DNA from: Tubiluchus corallicola
Lineage: Eukaryota; Animalia; Priapulida
Direction: 5' to 3'
NCBI GenBank assembly: GCA_030141605.1
Contig: JAQGDQ010001854.1
Location: 1-23,292, forward strand
Length of the DNA stretch: 23,292 nucleotides
Part shown: positions 11,341 to 21,069 of the stretch, in pieces
Layout: every line of letters begins with the position of its first letter
Numbering within the stretch: the stretch's first letter is position 1
Position numbers and translations under genes: made by a program
The notes under the pieces: model-generated
Database searches by the model: none
The model's input: the letters and a program-made list of their open reading frames with translations, nothing else
What the model was told of the DNA's origin: nothing

Positions 11341-12103
11341 CAGTCGACCCTCGTTAAACCGGACCCCGTTAGCCCGGATATCGGATAAGACGGACGTCAT
11401 CCGTGGTAAAGGAAACTGGCCGATTTCCGTCCGAGCCGGAGCACTAAACACAACACGGTCTACCAACGGTACAATAATTTCTTTATCCTCACAGGTTAAC
11501 TATTTTAAAGTAATATACAGTATAATATATAGTGCAATGTATATAGACCATATATAGGCATATCTTTTCTAATTATACAGAATAAATCAGTTTGATTAAT
11601 TACACTGCTGTCCCTGTCGGAATCCATTGTGTTGCTGGCTATGTCAATTTTTACATTTCTATAGTTCATGTTACTTCATACAGATACCATCACATCTTTC
11701 TCCTCTTTCTATTCTCTATTAACCTTTCCTTCTACTCCTTTACTGCTCTTTTCTATTACACTCAGTCCACATTCATTACTTCATACATATACCATCACAT
11801 CTTTCTCTTTCTTTCTATTCTCTATTAACCTTTCCTTCTACTCCTTTACTGCTCTTTTCTACTTCACTCAATCCCCATTCATTTGGGGTGCTCTAAACAA
11901 GTAATTACTTCTTGAGTACCCCACGGGTCATTTGCGGCTTGGCATCTTGTGCACATAATAATAAATATATCATTAAATACTTTTATGTACAATGCTGTAA
12001 CGATCATTGCGGATATATTTAATAAATATATAAATAAATAATAATAAATATCGGATAAATCGGACAATCAGCTAAACCGGACCGGTTTAACGAGGGTTCA
12101 CTG
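11341..12103. mobile_element. pogo/Tigger-like (Tc1/mariner superfamily) non-autonomous element (763 bp)
   Basis: TIRs CAGTCGACCCTCGTTAAACCGG / CCGGTTTAACGAGGGTTCACTG (20/22). TA TSD (11339-11340, 12104-12105). Repeated TAA.NCGGA subterminal motifs. Confidence 0.9.
11671..11881. repeat. Pyrimidine-rich tandem duplication, 2 x about 105 bp, inside the pogo-like element
   Basis: TTACTTCATACA.ATACCATCACATCTTTCTC...CTTTTCTA...CACTCA.TCC.CATTCA begins at 11671 and at 11776. Confidence 0.92.
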
Positions 12104-12478
12104 TACACATAAAGCTTGTGTTAACAGTAACACAGTATGAAAACTTGTAAATAAAAACTCTGGCAATGACCCTTAGACACATGTATTTTAACAGTAAATA
12201 ATTTGGAAAAAGTTCAGATAACATTGAGTAAAGTTTGAAAAAATAATCAGAGCATTCATAGCACACGCTTCACTAACTAAGTAAATAGTTTAAATTACTT
12301 TATCTTGTCGGCGAGATCAATAATGTGTTTTCTGGTGAATCGGTGGCGCACACTGGGATTACAATAATGTGTTTTCTGGTGAATCAGTGGCGCACTCTCT
12401 GATCATGCTGCAGTGATATTTTACTCAGTGGTGTGAACATTTCAAATTAGAAAGATTTTTTTTAAGTTACACAAGTAA

Positions 12479-12892
12479 GGGCCATTTCACATTGAGGACG
12501 AAAGGAAAATGATGCACGAAATAGCCGTGGCTGTTGCATGAATAGAACACGAAATTGTCGGTCTGTTAAAACAGAGATTTAATCTTAGAATTCTATTCCG
12601 AAATATGTTAAATGTTGTTCGTCAAACAAGAAAAGGGTTAAATTTTAATCTGAATTCTGCGAGGATTCCTCACAAAAATGGAACATGCAGTATTTCTACC
12701 ATGCAGCAATTTTCCTCATGAAGAGAACGCATAGCTTCTAGCTGGAGGCAGAATTCCGCACGAAGAATTCAATTTCACGAGGCGTCACTGGAAAATGCGC
12801 CATAGAAAACAATGTTTTCCATTTTCATGAGGAATGCCGCAAGAAATTTCTCCTCCGGAATTATCCCACATGTCCTCACTGTGAAATGAGCC
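12479..12892. mobile_element. PIF/Harbinger-type MITE (414 bp)
   Basis: TIRs GGGCCATTTCACATTGAGGAC / GTCCTCACTGTGAAATGAGCC (18/21). 3-bp TSD TAA (12476-12478, 12893-12895). Internal inverted repeat around 12652-12685 and 12813-12850. Confidence 0.82.
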
Positions 12893-13163
12893 TAAGCATA
12901 ATGCAGAGTAATATAACTTTGTATGGAAAGTGGTTTGTATGGGATATACTTTAAAATTGCCAAAATACAAGTACATTTTTTCAAAATTAGGTCAAAAGGG
13001 GCAAAAGATTCTTTCACTGCTTTCACACACAAATATTATTCAAATTGCTACTAACTCTTGCAACTGGGGAATGTTGAAGAAATAAAGTTTAATGAACTGA
13101 ATCGAATTAGGTGGTTCAAAAATTCACCTAACTACAACCTATTTCTAGCACTTGTGTGCATTC

Positions 13164-13646
13164 TTAGAGCACAAGAAAACCCTCCACTTACACAAAGCTT
13201 AAAAAATCCGTCTTGAAATTTATACCACTTACATACAGCCTTATTGCATGCAGGACTTGCATCTGCAGTAACACTGTATAAAACGTGTGAATTTAAATTT
13301 CGCGACGACCATTAGATGCAGCCATTTTGACGATAAGTCATTTGAAACCAGTTTAGATAACACTGAGTAAAGTTTGAAAATATAATCAGAGCATTCGTAG
13401 CGCACATATCGCTAACTAAGTAAAATTACAAGTTACTGTATCTTGTTAAGAAGATTAAAAATACATTTTTTGGTTAGTGAGTGGTGCGCCCTAGAGGTGA
13501 ATCAATGACATTTTACCAATTGGTGATAACATTTTAAATAATTAATAATTTTATTTTCTAGTTACACAAGTCTAATTACATCAGCAGCTAAGCGAAATGC
13601 TAAGCAATATAACTTTGTATGAAAAATTCTTTGGTACATAGTTTAA
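13164..13646 (+). mobile_element. Old interspersed repeat, copy C (uninterrupted)
   Basis: Collinear with copies A and B over about 480 bp. Ends in GTTTAA. Confidence 0.7.
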
Positions 13647-14181
13647 CATTTCTTTTTATTTTCTGGATTTGCGTCGTGCGTATATGATGCCATGTAATGG
13701 AGCGGTCGGTACCGTGGAAGATTTAAAATGAAAACAAACAAAAAATCCTTTCAACGCGAGTACGATGCATGCATAAAATTGCTATAAAGTAATGTAACTT
13801 TTTAAGCAGATTATTTTAAACCTACTTCAGGTATCCCTTTTCTTGTCCTTTAAGAGACTATGCATATGCAAACTTGCAACAAGTGAACATCAAAATCAGA
13901 TGAATTGAAGCTAAACAACAAAGACAAAGATAAAAAGTGAGAGTGATTACTGTTAAAACAATGGGAAATATAACAAACAAATACAGCATAAAAATAATCA
14001 CAAGACTAAACTGGATATGCAAATTACTTATAAACTTATGATTCAATAGAAAAACAAGCCAAACAACCACATGGGATTCTCTGCTGTTCTGGGTAAAGAT
14101 CATACATTTTCATCTTATGTCGCATAATGCACGTGTGCCATACAGCAAAAAATTCATAGCACTAGATTTCAACATTTAAAC

Positions 14182-14682
14182 CAGGGGTGTGCAAATTGCG
14201 GCCCGCGGGCCACTTGCAGCTCACCGAGGGAATTTGTGCAGCCCGCAAAGAGATTTGTCAACCTAATGAAAGTGCGGCCCGGGCGATTCATTGAGTGTAT
14301 CCAGCTGAAGTCCATGCCACGATCCCAAAGATAGTGCGGGTAGTTTTTTCTACTAGATCGGATGCCATTAACCCTTTACAAGACGGTTGTAGCTTAATGT
14401 CACTGTACTACACAGACTGTGTGATACACATTACTAACATGCATTGTAATGAAATTACCACTATCTGTCCTGAAAGTAGAAATATATGGTTTGTAATATA
14501 AATTTTAGTAACTTCTAAAATAGTTTGTTGAGTGTAGTAGTAATGATGTACGCAGGTCAGATGCAAAAAAATTGTTATTAGGCCTTTCTGTACTTGGCTC
14601 CTTGATCAAACTGCTTGTGGCCCGCAGGAATTACGGGAAAGTTTAATGTGACCCGGCTAGTCTGATAATTTGCACATCCCTG
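14182..14682 (-). mobile_element. hAT-superfamily MITE (501 bp), copy 2, inverted relative to copy 1
   Basis: TIRs CAGGGGTGTGCAAATT / AATTTGCACATCCCTG. TSD ATTTAAAC / ATTTAGAC (7/8; 14174-14181, 14683-14690). Aligns end to end with the reverse complement of 10665-11165. Confidence 0.95.
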
Positions 14683-14700
14683 ATTTAGACAAATGCAAAG

Positions 14701-15429
14701 CTAACTAGACTCAACAGCTTTGCCTGTTGACTTTTCCATTTCGTCGGCTTTCTTGCCGATAAGTTCTATGCTCCGCGCATGGGCTCTAGTGAGTTGATCT
14801 TCGATTTCTGTGGCTGTTTTGCGTGCTTGATTAACCATTACATTTGCTGACTGCAACCGTTCCATAGCCATTATACTAGATGCTTCTGCACCGGTCTTAA
14901 AAGCAACATCAGCAGCAACGGATATAAGATTAGAAGCCGATGAAAATAACATTTCAAATTCAGAAATGGTCTTTTTAGTGTCGGCAAGTTTAGTCCTACA
15001 TTCTATCACTTCTTGCCATATTTCATCTTCTAGTTCTAGTTTTCCTAAAACAGCCAGGTGCTGTTCTATTTTAGTTATCAAGTCGTTTGCTATAGATTCT
15101 AGTTCGTTAAGAGCTTCCAGAAGAGCAACGGTGACGTAAGACAGCAAGTTTGACGACGATTCCACACTGACAGTTGAAGCATTTTTCATTAATGCTGAAT
15201 GCGTTAATGACTGTGGTTCCAAAGCATCAGACGTAAACAAAATCGGCTGCGCTGCTATAATCATGCCTGGTAACAAACAAACACGAGAAGCCGCATTCAT
15301 CAAATTTCGCAAGATTCTTCCATACCAAATCCAACGCACATACAGACGACTAGCAGCTGGGAATCGTATATTCCTCGCAAATGCCAAGTAGCGGTAAATG
15401 CCGCTACGTATCCGTACCATTCGCAACAT
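14701..15429 (-). CDS. DIABLO: Smac/DIABLO homolog, mitochondrial IAP antagonist (242 aa, single coding exon)
   Basis: Arg-rich, acid-free N-terminal presequence, then AQPI (Smac has AVPI). Followed by EPQSLTHSALMKNA, LLSYVTVALLEAL, LGK..LEDEIWQEVI and AADVAFKTGAEASSI, collinear with recalled human Smac motifs (EPHSLSSEALMRRA, EEDEVWQVII, AAEAAYQTGADQASI). Intact ORF. Confidence 0.9.
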   Translation of the reverse strand: MLRMVRIRSGIYRYLAFARNIRFPAASRLYVRWIWYGRILRNLMNAASRVCLLPGMIIAAQPILFTSDALEPQSLTHSALMKNASTVSVESSSNLLSYVTVALLEALNELESIANDLITKIEQHLAVLGKLELEDEIWQEVIECRTKLADTKKTISEFEMLFSSASNLISVAADVAFKTGAEASSIMAMERLQSANVMVNQARKTATEIEDQLTRAHARSIELIGKKADEMEKSTGKAVESS

Positions 15430-15431
15430 TC

Positions 15432-15460
15432 CTAATAATATAAAACTGCAGCTGTTAACA
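15432..15460 (-). promoter_or_regulatory. Splice acceptor 2 nt upstream of the DIABLO ATG
   Basis: Minus strand TGTTAACAGCTGCAGTTTTATATTATTAG|GAATG: branch-point-like TTAAC, T-rich tract, then AG. Confidence 0.5.
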
Positions 15461-16539
15461 TGTCAAACTTATTTTAAAAGGACTCAACAGAGTTTGGGCA
15501 CCTTAATAACTGACGAAGTAGGTATGAATTCTGACTGTTTCCAATGTTCATTATTAGTTTCATAAGTCTATTACAATTAATTTATTAACTCTGAATGGTT
15601 GACAAACAAATTAGGACATTATGGAGCTGCCAAAAATCACAAAATTCCAACAAATTCATGCTGTTAAAAATGGTGTCTAGAATAAATGTTAACACACTGC
15701 CTTTGATTTACAAATCTAGTTAATGTCTAGTGAAAATATCAATTATATACCAGTTTGTGTGCGTACCAATTTATACAAGCACTGCACTTAATTGGTCATT
15801 CGCACAAGTGTAGAAAAGACTCAGAAAAATACCTCAATCTCTATTCATCGATGTTGAGGGTGACAGTTGCTTGAGCAATATTGGTTTAAAACAATAAGAG
15901 TTATAGCCTATAACTGTGTACTGTGTAATAAGTTGTCAAATTTCAATCTTCATTTTCAAATTCACAGTAGAAAGATGACTTTTTTTGCACCTAAAACTCA
16001 TGCAAGCTGTAAATCTCAGCTTAAATAAAAAATGGAACAAAAATTCAATCGCATAATTCGCTTTAAATCACGGCGTCTGTCGTCGTCCATTGAATCATCT
16101 GTCTAGGGTCATGATTCTGATCACCTCTTTATGCTAGGACTCCGTACTCTGTGCAATCGACCAAGTGCTTCGATCTGGCTCTAAGAATCAATGTTGGAAT
16201 CTTTCTGTGTCAAATCTAAATCTATTAGCATCTGTCCTCCTGCCGGTTCTACTGCTTGTTGAAAAAATATCTCCACTAAACGATCATGATCATCAGGCAG
16301 TCTAATTCTAACTCTTAAACTAATATCATGATCATCATCATACAAATTTAATTATGTCTATTTCGTCTATTGCAGTGTCTGGGCAGGCAGAACTCTAAAA
16401 TAAAAGAAATCTGCCCTCAAGACAGATAACACATCAGTAAACCAGCAAAAACTAAACACTGCTATGCCTGTGGCCTCAAGACTATCAAGCCATGTGCCTA
16501 AGCAGTATGAGAAATCAATGTTCGGCAATCTTAGTTAGT

Positions 16540-16770
16540 GCAGTTTTGCTAAAACGGTGCGTTTACTTTTGGCAAGATTTCAATATCGCGTCATCATTTC
16601 ACAGTGCACTGGTTCATTCATTGGGATCCTTAGGTGATTGTTTCTGATTTTCCACGTGATAGGCTAATACCGCTTTACCCGTGTGTTTACTTGACCACGG
16701 TTCAATTACAGTCTACAAAAATGGGCAAGTGAAACTTTTTTGGGTAGTGAAAACTTAAGCCGGTAGGTGT
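16540..16770. promoter_or_regulatory. Candidate promoter region, possibly bidirectional
   Basis: Local CpG retention with CCACGTGA, GCGTCATC and ATTGG motifs. Donor-like sites point outward: minus GG|GTAAAG near 16677 and plus CCG|GTAGGT at 16763. Confidence 0.3.
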
Positions 16771-16791
16771 TGCTTATTTGTATAGACGATA

Positions 16792-16856
16792 TTACTAAAT
16801 ACTATACTACTTACTAGTACTACTACTAGTACTACTACTAGTAGTATTACTATTAG
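16792..16856. repeat. (TAC/TAG)n low-complexity tract
   Basis: TACTACTTACTAGTACTACTACTAGTACTACTACTAGTAGTATTAC. Confidence 0.8.
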
Positions 16857-17050
16857 ACATTATCGTAATTAGTTTTGTTAACAGTTACTATGTAAAACTG
16901 CTTCATTATGTTTTCAGTGTACCTATAAACAGAGGCCTGTTAAAGAACGTTTATTTTTGCAAGTCAAATTTAAATCATTATGTTAAAATTTAGGATACTT
17001 CTTAATTTTATTTTCATAAACTGTATCGGAATAAAATCTATATTTGTAGC

Positions 17051-17180
17051 TATATATATTATATATATTGTAAAATTATATATATTAATATATAATTCGC
17101 ATATATTAATATAAATATATATTATAATATATAACGTAAAATTATTATATATATATATATATATAATTCTCTATATATAA
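17051..17180. repeat. Degenerate (TA)n AT-rich tract
   Basis: Almost exclusively A/T with TATA runs. Confidence 0.85.
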
Positions 17181-18081
17181 ATCTCATGAAAGAACATTAT
17201 GTCAGCCAACTTAGTATTAATAATATGCACATTTTCAGTCTACAATTGCATAAAGAGATTACCTTGTTTTTAGGTGAATAAGGTCTTATATTAGTTATTG
17301 AGCGTACGTGTGAGCCAGAAGATGTTATAATATTTCTAAAAACCGTTGAATGAGACTATAGTCTATTATTAAGTCAATCTAATGTACGGGTATAAATGTT
17401 TTAGAGCGGCTGGAGCCTTGGTAGCTTTCACTTTGAAAATTGGTAAGATCTTACAATATATACGATGTGCTTTGCTCTAGGGCTTAAAAGGCAACTGAGG
17501 CCAAGCGAATCAAAATTGGGCATGTGCTACAGTAACCAGCTGGCAGTAAGGGTCAGTGAGATACTCCTGACCTTGGCTTGACATTGACATTGACTTAAAA
17601 AGGAAAAAAGTCTGTGTGCTTGGTGTCTACAGACTGACTTTAGGTCTTCTGAGTCAGTCTGCTGCACTACTTTTCCTGTACAGCTAGATATTAGTAGTAT
17701 GCATGTGCTGCCACCTATTTGAGATCAAGTTTGGAATTAGTATCTGTAGTGAAAAGGACAATATTAAGCATTAAGTTGGTGGATTGAATATCGTAGATGA
17801 GTAAATTTGTCTAATTTATTGTAATCTAATAAACTCAGAAGTGGATGTGCAGTACTGCCAGAGGAAAACAGCATAGCAAATAAACTGTGCAACTGATACA
17901 TCAAAGTGTAGCTAGTTATAGGCATAATACTAAATAGAGAGTTAGACTCAGTCACATGTGACCAATTGACTTGACATTTTGGGTTTGTGTTGATGGTTTA
18001 ATGGACAAAGAGGAAAATCCTAACAGCTCGAGAGATGGCTGGTACTTGTCTGAGAAAGCTGTGAAACAGACTGTATGTGTT

Positions 18082-18943
18082 GTCATAAGTCGTAAGTCAT
18101 TTATTTCACCATACACATTTACAGGTTACATATACAATATCTAGTGAAAGGGCCTACAATGGATATAATACAAATAAAAAATACTGCACAGGAAAAGCCT
18201 CAAACACTGTTCACTTATACACAAAGGTAAATGTGTTGTGGGCAATCAAAAAGCAGGGCTTGTTAGATTGTCCCACACAGTGATAGAAAAAAAAGTAATG
18301 GAGATAATCTGAAAATTTAAAGTGAATCGTGATAAAAAAAACGTTAGTACTTAAAAAGGAATGATGTAATGAATGAAACTCATATATGGGATGATATAAA
18401 AGATAGAAAGACTATTATTTGTTAATAGTATGTAAAATTAAAATAACTTGATTAAGCTAACACCACTGTTTTGCAACTACTGTGAGGATGGATACTGATA
18501 GAAATTTTGATTACTCACTGATACTTACTTAAAATTTGATTTTTTAGCATTTTTTTAAATCTAGTAATAGATCTGCTATTTTTTGCGGATTGACAAATCT
18601 CATTCCAGACTTTTGGTCCTTGATACATTATAAAATGTTTGGCTATGTTGGTTCTACAGAAAGGCACAATGTATTGATTAAATCTTGTATTTTGTCTCTT
18701 AGATGTCAATTTGACAGGAATTGCAAAAAACTTGGGAAATAGTCTATTATTGCATTTATACATGAATACTGCAATATTCAATTTGATTAAATCATCTAAT
18801 TGCATAATTCTACATTCACGGTAAAGAAGTAGAGGTACTTCACTACGTTTCATTAGGCCATACATTAACCTTAAAAATTTTCGTTGCAACGTTTTTAAGC
18901 ATTTCAGTTTAGATGGATATGTGGGGCCCCAAATAATGCTGCA
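18082..18943 (-). mobile_element. 5'-truncated CR1/L2-group LINE (ORF2 C-terminus plus 3' UTR)
   Basis: 18943-18515 encodes CSIIWGPTY..LKTLQRKFLR...FMYK...NTR...CRTN...YQGPKVWN...FKKMLK, typical of CR1/L2 C-termini. The 3' end is AAATAAA followed by TGACTTA-CGACTTA-TGAC repeats. Confidence 0.85.
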
Positions 18944-18984
18944 TTGTTGTTGTTCGTCCTTCATAGTCGAAGAGGACCATGACT

Positions 18985-20794
18985 TCATTCTGAAATCATA
19001 GGATGGGTACGGAGGTGGTTTGTAAGCCCGATTCTTGCTGAGAACCTCCTCCTGCAGTGAGGACATGAGAATGGTGTATCTTGATAGGCATTGCGTTCTC
19101 TGTCTTTTCGAAGCTGTCTTTTCTCCTGCCTAACTTGGATGCGCCTGGACTCATAGTTGGTCACTCCCGATTTGATGAGGGACCGCCAACGAGATCTCTC
19201 CTGTGCCACATCTTCCCAGGAGTCGCATTCTTTCAAGCTGGCTTTGAGGGTGTCTTTGTATCTTTTCCGTTGCCCTCCAACTGACCATTTCCCTTCTTTC
19301 AGCTCGCAGTACATGAGTCTCTTTGGCAGTTTGTGATCTTCTTCCATACGTTGAACATGGCCAGCCCATTTCAGTTGTGCTGCCTTAAGCATTGCATGAA
19401 CACTGATGGATTGTGCTCTCTCGAGGACTTCAGTGTCTGGTACAAAGTCCTGCCAGCTGATCTTGAGGAGTCGTCTTAGACATAGATCATATCAACTGTG
19501 CTGCATCCCTGTCTATATCCACACTGACTTTCAGGTAGAAGATCTTTCTCTAGGTGTGTGTTGAGACGATCTAGAAGAATTCTTGCCAGGATTTTGCCAG
19601 CAATCGATAGGAGCGAGATGCCCCTGTGATTGTCGCACTGCTGTCTGTTTCCTTTCCGCTTATAGAGGTGGATGATTGTGGCATCTTTGAAGTCTTGCGG
19701 TAGTTTTTCTTGTTTCCACGTAAATTGGAACAGCTCCGTCAGTTTCGTCTGTAGTTTAGGGCCGCCGTTTGCATATATTTCAGCTGGGGTGGAGTCAGCG
19801 CCAGGCGCTTTGCCGCTGGACAGGCTCTTTATGGCTTTCTCTACCTCTTTCTCTGATGGGGGATTTTCAAGAGATCTGTTGGTAGGGACTTGGGGTAGTC
19901 TTTCTATGGCCTCGTCATTTATTGAGGATGGTCGATTTAGAATGATGTTGAAGTGTTCAGCCCAGCGTTGGAGAATCTTATCATTTTCAGTGAGGAGGGT
20001 TGAACTATCGGCACTGAGAATTGGTGTTGTGCCAGACTTGGACGGTCCGTAAATAGCTTTGATAGCCTGATAAAAGTTCTTTTGATCCTTTCTGTCTGCG
20101 AAGGTTTGAATTTGGTCAGCTTTTGCACTTAGCCAGGAGTCCTGCATGGCTCTGAGCTCCTTTTGGACTTTTCTTTTGGCATTGGTGAAGGCAGTTTTCT
20201 TTGCTGGACACTTTTGTTTATAAAAGCTCTGTGACATTGGTGCTTTTCATTTAGTAGGGTCTGGATGTGATCATTGTGTTCCTCAAACCAGTCTTGGTGT
20301 TTTCTGGTGCAGGGCCCAATGGTTTCTAGTGCAGAGGAGTAAATGGCATTAGGAGATTGCAATGTTTTTAGCAGAGCTGTTTTGATGGCAAAACCCACGC
20401 CTGCCTCTCTGTGCTCATCTAGTTTTTTGCCAATCCGGAAGAAGGTATAGCCTATTTTGTTTTCTGGCAGTTGTCCCTCTTCGGCAAAGCGAGTTTCGCT
20501 GAGTGCAGCTATGTCGACATTATACCTAGCCAGCTCACTAGCTATGAGTGCTGTTCTTCTGGCTGGTCTGTCAGCTCCAATCTGGTCTTGCAGAGTGCGT
20601 ACATTCCATGCGCCAAGTATTAGTGGTTTTCTCTGCTCGTTTCTTTCCTTTCTTTGTTTCTTACCGCTAGGTTGGGATCCGCGGCATGCTAGCCAGGGTG
20701 AGGTGAAGCAGGCAATGTTTGGGACACCTTTTCTAGCCGTCTCCCCATGCGAAGGGGAGAAGCAGTGCAATCCTGAAAAGGGCTGCTTCGTCAC
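18985..20794 (-). pseudogene. Disrupted RTE endonuclease/reverse transcriptase ORF
   Basis: Three ORF pieces (20794-20129, 20237-19476, about 19482-18985). Most of the endonuclease is deleted near 20345, there is a frameshift near 20225, and the RT core is deleted near 19482 (no YADD-type motif present). Confidence 0.9.
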
Positions 20795-21069
20795 TCAGGT
20801 GGCTGCCGAATTCCAACGCTGCTTCGGTTCGGTGGAAAGCGACCCTATGGCCTGAGCCGCCTACGTACAGAAGAGTGGCTACGGCTACCAATGTATCCAC
20901 ACCTACCGCTTCGCCATGCTGTCCGTCGCCGCAGGACTTTTTGTAGGTATAGGGGGTATGGATGAAGTCATGACTTGCGCGTTAATTTGATTTAAGTGAG
21001 GGAGAATTGCGTAATGTCGTCAGCCTCACTCTCTCGTCCTCGCCCTTCTTTACCCAGTGGTATAGTCGA

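Larger units (their letters stand above)
11258..12954 (+). mobile_element. Old interspersed repeat, copy B, interrupted by two younger MITEs
   Basis: Removing 11341-12103 and 12479-12892 restores collinearity with copies A and C. Ends in CTTTAA. Contains a 44-bp-period duplication at 12318-12395. Confidence 0.7.

Noticed and set aside
10665-14682. Composite transposon bounded by the two hAT MITEs
   Set aside because: Each copy has its own matching TSD, so independent insertions are simpler. Similarity between the outer flanks is explained by target preference.
16180-16345. About 55-codon minus-strand open frame upstream of DIABLO (LYDDDHDISLRVRIRL...)
   Set aside because: No start codon at its beginning, not in frame with the nearby acceptor-like site, and no recognisable similarity.
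18515-19066. 183-aa ORF as a single gene
   Set aside because: Chance in-frame fusion of the RTE 3' end and (CAA)n tail (QQQ) with the CR1/L2 ORF2 C-terminus.
20995-21030. Hammerhead ribozyme (CUGACGA inside an AGUGAGG/CCUCACU stem, minus strand)
   Set aside because: No stem II followed by GAAA and no stem III/UH site. Probably only a UTR hairpin.
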